Notes under the pieces: generated by a model | Told to the model about the DNA's origin: nothing | Seen by the model: only the letters and a program-made list of their open reading frames with translations | Databases searched by the model: none | Made by a program: the position numbers and the translations under genes | Shown: positions 62,330-64,000 of the stretch, piece by piece | Layout of the letters: each line of letters starts with the position of its first letter | Position numbering within the stretch: the first letter of the stretch is position 1 | Origin: Mobula hypostoma | Lineage: Eukaryota | DNA: 64,000 nt | NCBI RefSeq assembly: GCF_963921235.1 | Contig: NC_086097.1 | Coordinates: 165,046,001 to 165,110,000, forward strand | Reading direction: 5' to 3'

Positions 62330-63480
62330 ATCAAAATTAAATGATAGAAACCTTGAAAAACAGAAGTAAAGAGTCCTTTCAACTCCTTTTTGTCTGACCT
62401 ACAGTTCAAAACAATCATGGTAAATCCTCTACCTCAATACCATATTTCCTGTTTCTCCCCATACACTTGATAACTTTGGTGTCTAGCAATCTATATAAAT
62501 ATCTTCAGCGATCGACCTCTCCCTACAGCTTGCGTGTCTAAGATGTCCACAGATTTACCAACCTGTGATTAAAGACTTTGCTCCTCATTTCACTTCAATT
62601 TTTTACCTCATCACTGTGATCACTATCTTACCTCTTCCATGGCTAGGAGAACACCTTCCCAGCATCTAGCCTATCGAGCCCTGGCAGAATTTCAATGAGA
62701 TTTCCTAAACTAATGAATCCAGACCTAGTCAATCTAATTTCTACTTGTACTAAAATCTTGCCATGCCAGTTTGGTAAATTTTCATTGCACTTCCTCTATG
62801 GCACTTAGAATCTTTCTCAGATTAGGAGACTCATACTGCATACAGTATTTTAGGTGTGGCCTCACCAAGGCCCCATAGTAATTGTAGTTAGACATGCTTG
62901 TATCTGTACTCAAAACTTTTGCAGATAAGTCCAATATAGCTGAAAATGGTAATGAAGTACATGTATGGTATGTTTGCCTTTGTAGGCCGAGGCATTGAGC
63001 ATAAGAGTTGGGAGGTCATGTTGCAGCTGTGCAAAACATTGGTTAGACCACATGAAGTGTGTGTACAATTCTGATTACCACACATCGTAGCAAAGGAGAG
63101 CATGCAAAAAAAAAGATAGACTGCCAGGGCTAGAGAGCTGTAATTATAAGGAGAGATTGTATAGACTGGGTTTATTCTCTCTGGAACATAGGACGTTATA
63201 GAAATTTATAAAATTATGAGGGACAGGTGTAGAATAGTCAGTCTTTAGTTTCCCATCAGGGAAGTTTAGAACCAGCAGGCGCAGGTTTAATTTGAAAGGT
63301 GAGAAATTTGAATAAAATCAGAGGGAAAAGTTTTTCATACAGAGAGAACTGCCAGAGGAGATGAAAGTGATAATATTATAATATTAAAAAAGCATTTAGA
63401 CAAGTTTCCGTATGGGAAAGCAGTAGAGGGATCGAGGCCTAATGCAGGTAAATAGGATTAACATATAGAGGTATCATGGT
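62330..63480. mobile_element. Two decayed CR1 3' fragments in opposite orientation (~62330-62940 minus, ~62945-63480 plus)
   Basis: LVRPHLKYCMQY-like (minus) and LCKTLVRPH-like (plus) remnants. Confidence 0.65.
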
Positions 63481-64000
63481 CAACAACAATCATGAATCAC
63501 AATCCACTCCAGTTTTGTGTTGCCAGCACATGTAGAAATATGACATTCAACACTCAGTTTACTTATCCAAGTCATATGTTGAATTTTGAAAGATGGTGAT
63601 TATATGTATTGCATGAAGTACTCAAACATGTTTGCGTAGTCTGCGGCAGACCTTGTTTCTTGGGCTTTTTTTATTGTCAAAGTTAATATTACAGCCAGAA
63701 TTACAGCCAATGTCACTAATAAATTTAGTTGTGGTAATTTCTACAAAGTCTTTAAATAAACACTAACTGAAACCTCTGATATATTAGTTTTGCTTCATTG
63801 GTCCTTGTGTGGAACGCACCTCTCTGGAAAAATGTCCTGAATTATGTATACTTGAGCTTTTGATCTGCATGAGTTTGCAATGCTTGTTCATGGGCTGTAG
63901 GTAGTCTGTAGATTTTAGTTGTACCTCATGGTCTCTGATGGAATTGATAGCCTTTCTGATGTAGTAATTAACCATCGCTGTATACAAGGGAATAGTCCAT

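Noticed and set aside
63788..63900. Open stretch between AG and GT as exon 2 of the plus-strand gene
   Set aside because: Weak polypyrimidine tract, no recognisable protein motif, and adjacent sequence resembles a Rex1-type remnant
1..64000. Most of the 60-200-aa ORFs in the supplied track
   Set aside because: They are frameshifted pieces or antisense frames of CR1, Rex1, Penelope, Gypsy and SINE copies; none forms an intact autonomous ORF

Overview
Vertebrate genomic DNA; the repeat families (CR1-type LINEs with SGNH-esterase ORF1, V-SINEs, Rex1/Babar, Penelope-like elements) point to a cartilaginous fish, probably a ray or shark (inference). Two host genes are visible. (1) The first six coding exons of a cytosolic acetyl-CoA synthetase gene (ACSS2/ACSS2-like) lie on the minus strand: ATG at 25924, exons 25795-25924, 19568-19763, 15021-15112, 4028-4131, 1005-1077 and 787-862, all with GT-AG introns and in frame; the gene continues off the left edge. 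(2) A CpG-rich probable first exon of an unidentified plus-strand gene (ATG 56312) encodes a peptide resembling a mitochondrial presequence. Most of the rest is decayed, often nested transposon sequence. The most notable structures are: three Penelope-like (GIY-YIG) insertions, each with an inverted arm, a target-site duplication (TSD) and minimal hammerhead ribozyme motifs; a gag+integrase-only Gypsy element nested in a CR1 and itself carrying a solo LTR; and a ~600-bp non-coding retroposon family with a ribozyme-like structured motif that shares its 3' part with a tRNA-headed SINE. I see no intact autonomous element, CRISPR array, rRNA or true tRNA gene, and no unambiguous new protein-coding system. 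Repeat boundaries are approximate unless a TSD is quoted.
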